DNA of 64,000 nt from Acidobacteriaceae bacterium (GTDB lineage: Bacteria > Acidobacteriota > Terriglobia > Terriglobales > Acidobacteriaceae). Positions 40,946 to 50,010 of this stretch are shown here, piece by piece (the first letter of the stretch is position 1; each line of letters starts with the position of its first letter). The stretch spans positions 1,719-65,718 of the forward strand of contig DASYBK010000080.1 of NCBI GenBank assembly GCA_036500805.1. The letters are read 5' to 3'. A model generated the notes under the pieces. The model made no database searches and was not told the DNA's origin. It saw only the letters and a list, made by a program, of their open reading frames with translations. The translations under genes and the position numbers were made by a program.

Positions 40946-41224
40946 CTCTGGATGGTAGCGCGCTGCCTCTCCAATGTGCGCTCGGAGTAACCGGGCGGCA
41001 TTACTCCAAGATTACTAATTGCAGGTCTGCCCGCAAGGATGCGGCGGGGTATAAACAGCAAAACGCACAAGCTCATTCCGAAAACGGCTAAACCCTGAGC
41101 TTTGTTGGAGAAGTGCACAAAAAGATTGCTCGCCTGATTCCAGGCGGCCGGGCCTTGCGGTTGCGGTCTTTGCGGTGCTTGGGCCAAAGATTCACGCCGT
41201 TGCCGATTGTGAGAGGACCGCATC

Positions 41225-43114
41225 ATGCCGCTGGGACAGCCCGGAACTCCAAGGTCCACGCGCCCGCCCAGCGCAGGCCAGGCGGCTGACCTCCCTATCC
41301 GGACTACGCTTGAGGCGCTCTTTCTGGAAAGCACGGTGCTGTGGGCGGGCGCCACGGCATTGCTGGGCGAGGAAGGCAGGCTTTCCTATAGCGACTTGAT
41401 GGTGCGGGCACAGAATGTCGCCGCGGTACTGCGCAGCAAAGGGATGCGCCACGGGGACCTGGTTGGCGTGGTCGGGCTGCGCACCTTCAGCTCGGTCGCG
41501 GGCATTCTTGGCATCCTGCTGGCCGGCGGCGTTTATGTGCCCTTCGATGTGCATGGGCTTTCTCCGGAGAGGCTGACGCGGCAAGTCGACGAGAGCGCGA
41601 TTCGGCTGCTGGTGACGGACCGCAGCGAGACCTCCGGTGTTTCGCTCTCCTGGGCGCGGCGGGTGACGATCATCGACGCGTCGATCGTCGAACGCGAATT
41701 CATGCCGATGTTCCGCGAGGTGAAGCTGCCGCACCGATTGCCGGAAGACCCGGCGGCGGTGATCTTCAACGCCGCGGGACATGGAGTTCTGGTGACGCAC
41801 GCCGGCATTGTGCGGCTGGTGACGACCGGAACCCTGATGCAATTTCGCTCCGCGGACACGGTGCTGCTGCACGCAGGCGCGCAGGAGCATGCCTTCCAGA
41901 TGGAGCTGTGGGGAGCGCTGCTGGCAGGCGGCACGGTAGCGCTGGCACCCGAGAGCAGTGCGGGCTACGCGATGCCGGCGCATGAGTATGCGCGGGTGAT
42001 GCGGCGCTTCCGCGTCTCCGCCCTGTGCGCGCGGCCGGTACTGCTGGAAGAACTCTCCAGGGAGCCGCTGGCGCCGCTCGAACAGGTACAGCAGGCGGTG
42101 GTGGACGCAGCAGAAGTAGACGCCGCGCTGCTGCATCGCCTGGGTGGCGGCGAACGGCCCATGCGGGTGACCGGCGGCCTCGGCGCAGCGGAGACTACCA
42201 GCTACGCGCTGGGCGTGAAGGTGAACGTAGAAGAAGCGGGACATGCGGAGCCGGTGCCGGGCAGCGACGCGATGGTGGTGATGCCGAATGGGCACGAAGC
42301 CGCGCCGGGTGCGCTGGGTGCGCTTGCGATCACCGGCGATGCATTGGCTATTGGATATCTTGGCGAGCCCGAGGCGACGCTGGCGGCGTTTGCCGAGGCG
42401 CAGCGTGGAAACAATCAGCGGCTGCGCTGCTTCCGCCTGCCGGTTCAGGCGACGCGGCTGGCAGATGGAAGCCTGCTGACCGGGGCGGCTGCCGTGGCCG
42501 CGTCTGCGACTGCGAGATCGCATGAGAAGCGCAGGGGAACTGCCGAGGAAGTGGAGGCGCTGCTGCTGGGGCATCCGCTGGTCCGGGAGTGCATTGCGCT
42601 CTCCACCGCGCCGGGCGACCGGGTCACCTGCGTCTTTGCCACGCTGAAGCAGGGCGAAGATCCGCGCGCAGAGCGGGCGCTGCGCGAGCACCTGGAGAAC
42701 CATCTTCCGCGCGAATTGCAGCCAGCGGCACTGATTCTGTTGCCACGCATTCCGCTGAATGCCGAGGGTAAGCCGGATCGTGTTCGCCTGGGCGAGCAGT
42801 GCGAGGCGGTGCTGCGGCGCTACACGCAAGCCCCGATATCGGAGGTGCCTCCCGACAGACAAGTCGATGTGGTGCGCAGCATCTGGCAGCGGCTGCTGCA
42901 TCGCATGCAGGTCGATCCGGATGAAGATTTCTATGCCAGCGGCGGCACGTCGGTGCAGCGCATCCGTTTGTATGCGGAGCTGAACCAGCGCTTTCCGGGC
43001 GCATTCACGATGGCCGAGCTGCGCTCGCTGAATACCATCCGGAAAGTCATCGAGCATCTCAACAGCGATGCGGTGCGCGAACGCATGCTGGCGCTGGAAC
43101 ATCGCGGCGCCTGA
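41225..43114 (+). CDS. Stand-alone NRPS-like didomain: degenerate adenylation domain + carrier domain
   Basis: A1 LSYSDL, A2 LLAGGVYVPFD, A6 GALAITGDALAIGYL and A10 PLNAEGKPDR are present. The P-loop, YGPTE and YRTGD motifs are lost. T motif DFYASGGTS. Confidence 0.8.
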   Translation: MPLGQPGTPRSTRPPSAGQAADLPIRTTLEALFLESTVLWAGATALLGEEGRLSYSDLMVRAQNVAAVLRSKGMRHGDLVGVVGLRTFSSVAGILGILLAGGVYVPFDVHGLSPERLTRQVDESAIRLLVTDRSETSGVSLSWARRVTIIDASIVEREFMPMFREVKLPHRLPEDPAAVIFNAAGHGVLVTHAGIVRLVTTGTLMQFRSADTVLLHAGAQEHAFQMELWGALLAGGTVALAPESSAGYAMPAHEYARVMRRFRVSALCARPVLLEELSREPLAPLEQVQQAVVDAAEVDAALLHRLGGGERPMRVTGGLGAAETTSYALGVKVNVEEAGHAEPVPGSDAMVVMPNGHEAAPGALGALAITGDALAIGYLGEPEATLAAFAEAQRGNNQRLRCFRLPVQATRLADGSLLTGAAAVAASATARSHEKRRGTAEEVEALLLGHPLVRECIALSTAPGDRVTCVFATLKQGEDPRAERALREHLENHLPRELQPAALILLPRIPLNAEGKPDRVRLGEQCEAVLRRYTQAPISEVPPDRQVDVVRSIWQRLLHRMQVDPDEDFYASGGTSVQRIRLYAELNQRFPGAFTMAELRSLNTIRKVIEHLNSDAVRERMLALEHRGA

Positions 43115-43303
43115 GCTGTTCAAGGACCTCCGTATAGTTCATTCGACCCATCGCGCCGCAGTGTCCTCTCATGTACAAACAGATCGCGGAAGCCGCGCGC
43201 GTTCGCGCGTTATCGCAGAACTGTAAGCGGGTTCTGTGATGAGCTGCGGTCGCACGTTTTGACGTGCTGAAGCGAGCCGCTGTCAGAGTGATTCGGAGGC
43301 CGG

Positions 43304-44482
43304 ATGGGTTCGATACGGACGGGACGATGGGCTGTCCCGGTGTTGGTTTTGATGCTGAGCGGAGCCCTCACGCCACTGCATGGCGCGACACCTGCGCGCT
43401 GGAGTGAGGCAAAGGCGCAGCAGTGGTACGCAGCGCAGCCATGGCTAGTGGGCGCAAACTTCATCCCGGCGGATGCCATCAACCAACTGGAGATGTGGCA
43501 GGCGGACACCTTCGATCCAGAGGAGATCGATAAAGAGCTGGGCTGGGCCGAAGGACTGGGCATGAATACGATGCGCGTCTTCCTGCACGATGCACTCTGG
43601 CAGCAGGATGCGGCAGGCTTTCAGAAGCGCATCGACACGTTTCTCACCATTGCCGCGAAGCACCACATCAAACCGATTTTTGTGCTCTTCGATTCTTGCT
43701 GGGATCCGGATTTCCAGCTTGGACCGCAACGCCCGCCGATTCCTGGAGTGCATAACTCCGGATGGGTGCAGAGCCCGGGCGCGAAGGCGCTCGAAGCTGC
43801 GGCGGAGTATCCGCGGCTGAAGCAGTTTGTACAAGGCGTAGTAGGTGCGTTTGCAAACGATGACCGCATCCTTGCATGGGACCTGTGGAACGAGCCAGAC
43901 AACGAAGGCGGCGGAGACTACGGCAGCCGCGAGCCGAAGAACAAGAAAGAGCTGGTGGCGAAGCTGCTGCCTCAGGTCTTTGCGTGGGCGCGCGAGGAGC
44001 ATCCGATGCAGCCGCTGACTTCGCCGCTGTGGACGGCCGGCGCGTGGGATAAGCCGGCCGCACTGAATGCGGTTGAGCGCACGCAGATTGAGGAGTCCGA
44101 TGTGATCAGTTTTCACAACTACGGATGGCCTGAGGATTTCTCACGGCGGGTGCATGAGCTCGAGCAGTATCACCGGCCGCTGATCTGCACCGAGTACATG
44201 GCGCGTCCGATGGGCTCGACCTTTGACACGATCCTGCCGCTGGCCAAGCAACTGCATGTCGCGGCGATCAACTGGGGATTCGTACAGGGCAAGTCGCAGA
44301 CATATATTCCATGGGATAGCTGGAAGCGCCCCTACGTGGATGAGAAGCCACCGGTATGGTTTCACGATGTGCTCTATCCGGATGGACGGCCGTATCGCGA
44401 GCGGGAGGCGGAGATTTTGCGCGAAGAGACTGGTCGAGGTACTGGCCGTACGGGCGATGGCGCCGGTGGCGCGAGCCACTAG
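43304..44482 (+). CDS. Secreted clan GH-A glycoside hydrolase (GH5-like)
   Basis: Signal peptide; NTMRVFLH, WDLWNEP (acid/base), CTEYMAR (nucleophile). Confidence 0.85.
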   Translation: MGSIRTGRWAVPVLVLMLSGALTPLHGATPARWSEAKAQQWYAAQPWLVGANFIPADAINQLEMWQADTFDPEEIDKELGWAEGLGMNTMRVFLHDALWQQDAAGFQKRIDTFLTIAAKHHIKPIFVLFDSCWDPDFQLGPQRPPIPGVHNSGWVQSPGAKALEAAAEYPRLKQFVQGVVGAFANDDRILAWDLWNEPDNEGGGDYGSREPKNKKELVAKLLPQVFAWAREEHPMQPLTSPLWTAGAWDKPAALNAVERTQIEESDVISFHNYGWPEDFSRRVHELEQYHRPLICTEYMARPMGSTFDTILPLAKQLHVAAINWGFVQGKSQTYIPWDSWKRPYVDEKPPVWFHDVLYPDGRPYREREAEILREETGRGTGRTGDGAGGASH

Positions 44483-44576
44483 TTCGCTCCCTTTGATCGC
44501 TCGCGTGAATGAATAGCGCAATCGCAGACAAACTGCAGGTTGTTCGCTGCGCTCAGAAGTGGTATCCGGTCTGAAT

Positions 44577-46121
44577 CTAAGTCGATCGCCGGTTTAGGGT
44601 GAGCACGTAAGGCAGCGTCGCCCAAGGAGTTCTTTCAGCGAGAATCCTGCCCACGAGCTTTCCCTCATGTGGGATCAGCTTGATTTTCAAGGTTTGCGCC
44701 TGATTGCGAATTGCATCGACCGATTCGATCGCTCCTGCGGATGTCCCCGTAAAGGCGATTCCTTCCGATTGCATCCCGGTAATTTTCTCGGGAGGCTTGT
44801 CACCGAGTGCCAGGGTGGCCGAGTCGGTGGATACTATCTCGAGCCTCGCCCGTATATTTGCACCATCATTCGTGAGCATTCCGTCCCACCGACCGGCAAA
44901 GTCGCGTGTAGCGATGAAAGGAGAGGGCGACGGTCCAGCATTTTCAGGCGGCGGAGTCGATTCGGGTAAGTAAGTTGCGAGGATCTGGTCGCACAGGCTA
45001 TGCGTCAGGTCTTGTCCGTTGGATCGATTCGTTAGAACCAGGCACGCGAGGTTTTCCGAGGGGATCATATAGAGAAGTGTCGCGACCCCGGGCTGCCCGC
45101 CGGTCTTGAAAATGACTGGTATGCCGGATTTTAGATGCCCTGAGACCCAGCCGAAGGTGGTCGCAACGCCGGACGGCCCTATGAACACTGGTTTGTGGAG
45201 TTCGCCGATCCAATGATTCTCCAGAATGTGCCGATCGTCCAGAATCTGCGCTCGGCCATTCCCACGGTTTTTCATGTTGAACATCGCAAACCGCGCGAGG
45301 TCGTGAGCGCTCGCGTAAAGCTCCCCCGATGCCGGGGTCGACGTTGTGTAGTAGCGAATTGGATTTCCCGAGTCATCGTACCGCACCGCACTCGTGGGCA
45401 GCCGGGCAACGCTGGTGTCGAAGAAACTGTCGTGAAGTCCAAGTGGTGTGAGAACTCTTCGCGTCAAGAGAGTTCCAAGGTCCGTTCCAGTCAGGTTCGA
45501 TGCGATCGCGTCGAGCGCCGCAAAACCGATGTTGCTGTATTCGTAACAAGTCCCGGGTGGATAGGCGAGCCTTCCGTAATCCTGCAGGAGCGTATCAGGA
45601 TTCGGCGGTTGTACGGCTTCGTCCCGAAAGAACCCTTCAAACATCGATGGCAATCCGCTGGCATGGGCTCCCAGCCGTCGTACGGTTGCTCCATCGGTGT
45701 TTCCATTCGGACCTTCGATCTTGCTCTTCGCAAGGTATGTATTTGCGGGCTCGTCCAGAGCGACTCTTCCCTCCGCAACCAGTGTCATGAACATCGTGGT
45801 CGTGAATGGCTTCGTGATGGACGCGAGGCTGAAAGGAGTACGGGGCGTTACCTTCAGGTTCGTCTCGCGATTGGCCCATCCAAAGCCTTCTTCCCAGACG
45901 ATGCGTCCATGGTGCGCCACAGCAACCGCGACTCCAGTGGCGTCTCCATGCGCGATCGCCTGAAGGATATGGTCCCGCACCGGCATAAAGTCGCGTTGCT
46001 TAAGACCAGGCGCGGAGATCTCCGCGCCAGCTCCATACGTTTTCGACGCGGACAGGGTGCTCCCGATCGATGCGGAGAGGAGTGTGCGTAAGACCTCACG
46101 GCGGGTCGATACATGATTCAC
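44577..46121 (-). CDS. Tat-exported serine hydrolase, beta-lactamase/AmpC-like family
   Basis: STRREVL twin-arginine motif after GTG 46121; ASITK (SxxK), YEYSN (YxN), KTGG. Confidence 0.85.
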   Translation of the reverse strand: MNHVSTRREVLRTLLSASIGSTLSASKTYGAGAEISAPGLKQRDFMPVRDHILQAIAHGDATGVAVAVAHHGRIVWEEGFGWANRETNLKVTPRTPFSLASITKPFTTTMFMTLVAEGRVALDEPANTYLAKSKIEGPNGNTDGATVRRLGAHASGLPSMFEGFFRDEAVQPPNPDTLLQDYGRLAYPPGTCYEYSNIGFAALDAIASNLTGTDLGTLLTRRVLTPLGLHDSFFDTSVARLPTSAVRYDDSGNPIRYYTTSTPASGELYASAHDLARFAMFNMKNRGNGRAQILDDRHILENHWIGELHKPVFIGPSGVATTFGWVSGHLKSGIPVIFKTGGQPGVATLLYMIPSENLACLVLTNRSNGQDLTHSLCDQILATYLPESTPPPENAGPSPSPFIATRDFAGRWDGMLTNDGANIRARLEIVSTDSATLALGDKPPEKITGMQSEGIAFTGTSAGAIESVDAIRNQAQTLKIKLIPHEGKLVGRILAERTPWATLPYVLTLNRRST

Positions 46122-46185
46122 TTGTGTACCCTTCTCAAGGTAGATCTCGCTGCGCTCAAGATGATATCCCTGTTGGTTTGCAGCC

Positions 46186-47724
46186 TTAGTGCGCCAGTGT
46201 GGCGTCCTTAAGGAAGTCGTAGCTGCCTGAGGCGTCCGGTTCGACGTGCTGCATGCGGCGGGTGTGCACCACCACGTTGTCCTGATACCAGAGCGGGATA
46301 GTGGGCACGTCACGGGCGACGATCTGCTGCACCTTCACGTAGTCGGCGCGTGCCTGGTCGTGATCGGTCGTAGCAGCGGCGTCGGCCATCAGTGCATCGA
46401 GCTCCGGATTCACATAGTGGCCACGATTCGCGCCGTGTGGCGGCAGGCTGGTGGTTGCGTAAGCGAGACGAAAGATGTCCGGACTCTCGTTGCCGCCGAT
46501 CCAGCGCAGCGCGTACATCCCGAAGGCGCCTTTCGTCACATCCGCGTAAAAGGTACCGAACTCGTAGATGCGCACGTCCATCGCGATGCCGACAGCGCGT
46601 AACTGCTGCTGGACGACCAGCGCCATCAGGCGAGTGGGGCTGCTGGTGTTGGAGATCTTCATCTGCAGGTGGAAGCGCACGCCATCGGGGCCGCGACGAT
46701 AGCCGGCGGCATCGAGTAGTGCGTTGGCCTTTGCAGGATCGTACGGATAGTGCGCGATGTTGTCGGTGCGGGCCCAGTGACCGGGCGGCAGAAGATCATC
46801 GGCGAGGCGAGCCTGGCCGCGCCAGATAGTGTCAAGGATGAGCTTGCGGTTGATGGCCATCGCGACCGCCTGGCGCACCCGCACATCTTTCAGGTACGGA
46901 TCGCTGAGGTTCAGATTGATGTAGTTAACGATGGTGCCGGGCGAGCTCTGGATGATGAGTTCCGGGTTGTGGCGCAGAGCCTGGACGGTATCAGGCTCAA
47001 GCGCGTTGATCTCCACATCGGCGGAACCTTTGCGCAATTCCAGCGCGCGCGTCGTGTCGTCCGGGACGACATTGAAGCGGATGGTTTGTATCGCAGGCTT
47101 GGGTTGCCAACTGTCTTCGTTGCGTTCGAGGATGACGTCCTTGTCCTGCTGCTGCGAAACGAATTTATAAGCGCCGGTGCCGACGGGATGGCGCCAGAAA
47201 TCTTTGCCGCTGCCCGCGGGCACGATGCCGAGTGCGCCGTCGGAGAGGTTCCACAGAAGGAAGGGATCGGGCCGCTTCAGATGCACGACGCAGGTGACCG
47301 GATCAGGCGCATCGACGTGATCGACCTGGATGAAGGAGCCGGATTTCGCTGTGATGACGGTGCCATTATGCGCGGAGTCGATGGACCATTTCACGTCGGC
47401 GGAGGTGAGCGGCTGGCCATTGTGGAAGCGCACGCCGGAGCGCAGGTGGAAGACGTAAGTGGTTGGGTCGGGGTGGTCCCAGCTCTTTGCGAGCCAGGGC
47501 TGGACCTCATAATGCTCATTCCTTTTGACCAGCGAATCGAAGATCAGCATGTCGATGCGCTCCGACTGGACGTCGACACCGATGCGCGTGTCGAGGCTGG
47601 TGGGGCTCGACTCGATGAGCATGACCGCTGTCTGGGGGTCCGGTTTGCCGCCGCAGCCGGCGAAGAGTGTGGCAGTCAGGGACAGCGCCACGCATACGAA
47701 CCTATGTCGGATACGTTTAGACAT
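46186..47724 (-). CDS. ABC transporter peptide-binding lipoprotein (SBP family 5)
   Basis: Lipobox LFAGC; LRSGVRFHNGQPLTSADVKWS; PVGTGAYK. Confidence 0.9.
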   Translation of the reverse strand: MSKRIRHRFVCVALSLTATLFAGCGGKPDPQTAVMLIESSPTSLDTRIGVDVQSERIDMLIFDSLVKRNEHYEVQPWLAKSWDHPDPTTYVFHLRSGVRFHNGQPLTSADVKWSIDSAHNGTVITAKSGSFIQVDHVDAPDPVTCVVHLKRPDPFLLWNLSDGALGIVPAGSGKDFWRHPVGTGAYKFVSQQQDKDVILERNEDSWQPKPAIQTIRFNVVPDDTTRALELRKGSADVEINALEPDTVQALRHNPELIIQSSPGTIVNYINLNLSDPYLKDVRVRQAVAMAINRKLILDTIWRGQARLADDLLPPGHWARTDNIAHYPYDPAKANALLDAAGYRRGPDGVRFHLQMKISNTSSPTRLMALVVQQQLRAVGIAMDVRIYEFGTFYADVTKGAFGMYALRWIGGNESPDIFRLAYATTSLPPHGANRGHYVNPELDALMADAAATTDHDQARADYVKVQQIVARDVPTIPLWYQDNVVVHTRRMQHVEPDASGSYDFLKDATLAH

Positions 47725-48895
47725 AGGTGATCTGGCCGAGAATTGCCGGGTGGCTAGCGCCGGTGGCCGCAGGGACGTTGCCGGGAAGACGATGCCAGGT
47801 CTGCCAGGCGAGCAGCGCGAAGGCGACGGCTTCTTTGGCTTGGGAGGGAATGCCGAGGTCATCGGTGGTCTGGAAGCGACAGCCAAAGACAGCGAGGTCA
47901 GTGGCGAGCATGCGCATCAGCGTGAGGTTGCGCGTGCCCCCGCCGGCCGCGATGTAGTCGACCGGAGCATTGCCGCTGCGCGGTGCGACGAATTGTCTAT
48001 AGGCCAGAGCGATGCTGCGTGAGGTGAGCGCGGTCGCCGTAGCCAGGATGTCGTGTGACGAAAGACGAGATCGGCGCGCGAGTGAGAGGACGCGTTCGAC
48101 GAAGGCTTCGCCGTATTGCTCGCGCCCTGCGCTTTTCGGCGGCAGGCGGTGGTAATAGCGATCACGCAGTAATGCAGCCAGTACGGATTCACTCACATTG
48201 CCGGCGGCAGCTAGACGGCCATCGCGGTCGTATGGCTTGCCGAAGAGCCGCTGGGCGAGCGCGTCGATGACCATGTTGGCGGGGCCGGTGTCGAAGGCGA
48301 CGAGAGCATCGAGGGCGCCGCCGGGCGGCACGAGGGTGAGATTCGCGATGCCCCCAAGGTTTTGCAGCACGCGCGCGTGGCGGGGATGTGCGAAGAGGGT
48401 TGCGTCGAGCAGCGGCACCAGAGGTGCGCCTTGTCCGCCGGCGACCATGTCCGCAGGGCGGAAGTTGGAGACGACGGGCGCGTGGACGGCCGCGGCGATG
48501 AGCGCGGGCTCACCGAGTTGCCAGGTGCAGGCGATGCTGCGGCCCGCGTACGGCTTCGCGACACCCTGGTGATAGATGGTCTGGCCGTGACAGCCGACGA
48601 GATCGAGTGCGTATCCCTGTGCCGCGGATTGCACGGCATCGCCGTAAGCTTCGCCGAGCCGCCAGTTGAGGCGGGCAAGCTCGGCGGTGGAGGTCGCGCG
48701 CGCGTCCTGTGCGGCAAGCACTGCTCGCCGCAGCGCTGCAGGATACGGGAAGGCGCGATGGCGGATGAACTCGATGTGTGACAGCGGGCGCGCGCGGCTG
48801 ATGCGGCACAGGGCAACGTCGATGCCATCGGCGGAAGTGCCGCTCATGATGCCGGCGACGAGCATTGATTTCTTCCGCGCGGACCCCGGAGTCAC
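47717..48895 (-). CDS. anmK: Anhydro-N-acetylmuramic acid kinase
   Basis: GIMSGTSADGID, HGQT, GGQGAPLVP, FDTGPAN, KEAVAFA. Confidence 0.95.
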   Translation of the reverse strand: MTPGSARKKSMLVAGIMSGTSADGIDVALCRISRARPLSHIEFIRHRAFPYPAALRRAVLAAQDARATSTAELARLNWRLGEAYGDAVQSAAQGYALDLVGCHGQTIYHQGVAKPYAGRSIACTWQLGEPALIAAAVHAPVVSNFRPADMVAGGQGAPLVPLLDATLFAHPRHARVLQNLGGIANLTLVPPGGALDALVAFDTGPANMVIDALAQRLFGKPYDRDGRLAAAGNVSESVLAALLRDRYYHRLPPKSAGREQYGEAFVERVLSLARRSRLSSHDILATATALTSRSIALAYRQFVAPRSGNAPVDYIAAGGGTRNLTLMRMLATDLAVFGCRFQTTDDLGIPSQAKEAVAFALLAWQTWHRLPGNVPAATGASHPAILGQITYV

Positions 48896-49998
48896 GCGGG
48901 CGCCTGCGGGGTTTTGTCAGCAACCCTGACGGTGAATGCGAGGACAGCGTCGCGCATGGCCGTAATGGCGTTTGCGTCCGGAGGCGGCGGAGGTGCGGAA
49001 TGACGCAGCAGCTTCAGGCGGCGCTCGCGTACGGTGGTGGCGGATTGCTCGACGATGGCGCGGAAGCTGCGCGAGCGCTCGGCTTCGCTCAGAATGGCTT
49101 CGTATGCGTTGAGGACAAGTGAGGGGTCTTTGCAGATTTCGATGAGATGCGCGCCTGCGGCGATGGCTGCGACCGCGGCTTCTTCCATCGGCGCGTGATG
49201 CAGGATGCCGCCCATCTCCATATCGTCGGAGACGATGAGGCCGCGAAAGGCGAGCTTGTGCCGGAGCGTGCGATCGATCCAGAAGGGCGAGATGGATGAG
49301 GGCAGTGCAGTGGTGTCTGGCTTGCCGAAGGCCTGCGGATAGGTAGCGTGCGAGATCATGATGAAAGGGAGCGCGCGATGCAGCTTACGGAAGGGCAGCA
49401 TGTCCTCTTCCCAGAGCTGCTTCCATGTGCGCTCGATCGTGGGCGTGGCGTGATGCGAGTCGAGCGCGCCGCCGCCGAGACCGGGGAAGTGTTTGCCGCA
49501 GCCGAGCGCGCCTGCCTTGCTGAGGCCGGTGAGGAAGGCTTCGGCGTAGGCGATGACTGACTTCGGATCGGCGGAGACGACGCGGGTGCGCATCACATCG
49601 GCGGAGGCGGTGGTGCGCAGATCGAGCACGGGCGCGAGGGCTATGTTGAAGCCAAGCAGGCGGAGTTCGGAGCCGATGAGGTAGCCGTGCTCCCGGAAGA
49701 GTCTTTTGTCGTGGGTTGCGGCGACCGCGGCGGGTGCGGGCATGGGTGCGATGAGGTCGCGGAGGCGATCGACCAAGCCGCCTTCGACATCGACAGCGTG
49801 GAAGAGCGGGCCGTCGCTTATAAGGTTGTCGATGCTCTCAAGAAGCGCGTGGACCTGGAGCGACTCCTCGATGTTGCGGCGGAAGAGCACTGTGCCGGCG
49901 GGGCGGATCAGGCGCAGCCACGCGCGCTCTGTGGCGTTGAGTTCGGCTCTGCCGAGTCCGACGAGTAGTAGCTGACCAACGTCCTGGCGCAGGCTCAT
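48892..49998 (-). CDS. nagZ: Beta-N-acetylhexosaminidase (GH3)
   Basis: DVEGGLVDR, APVLD, KHFPGLG...DSH, SDDMEMG. Confidence 0.9.
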   Translation of the reverse strand: MSLRQDVGQLLLVGLGRAELNATERAWLRLIRPAGTVLFRRNIEESLQVHALLESIDNLISDGPLFHAVDVEGGLVDRLRDLIAPMPAPAAVAATHDKRLFREHGYLIGSELRLLGFNIALAPVLDLRTTASADVMRTRVVSADPKSVIAYAEAFLTGLSKAGALGCGKHFPGLGGGALDSHHATPTIERTWKQLWEEDMLPFRKLHRALPFIMISHATYPQAFGKPDTTALPSSISPFWIDRTLRHKLAFRGLIVSDDMEMGGILHHAPMEEAAVAAIAAGAHLIEICKDPSLVLNAYEAILSEAERSRSFRAIVEQSATTVRERRLKLLRHSAPPPPPDANAITAMRDAVLAFTVRVADKTPQAPA

Positions 49999-50010
49999 GA
50001 GTTTCTTTCT

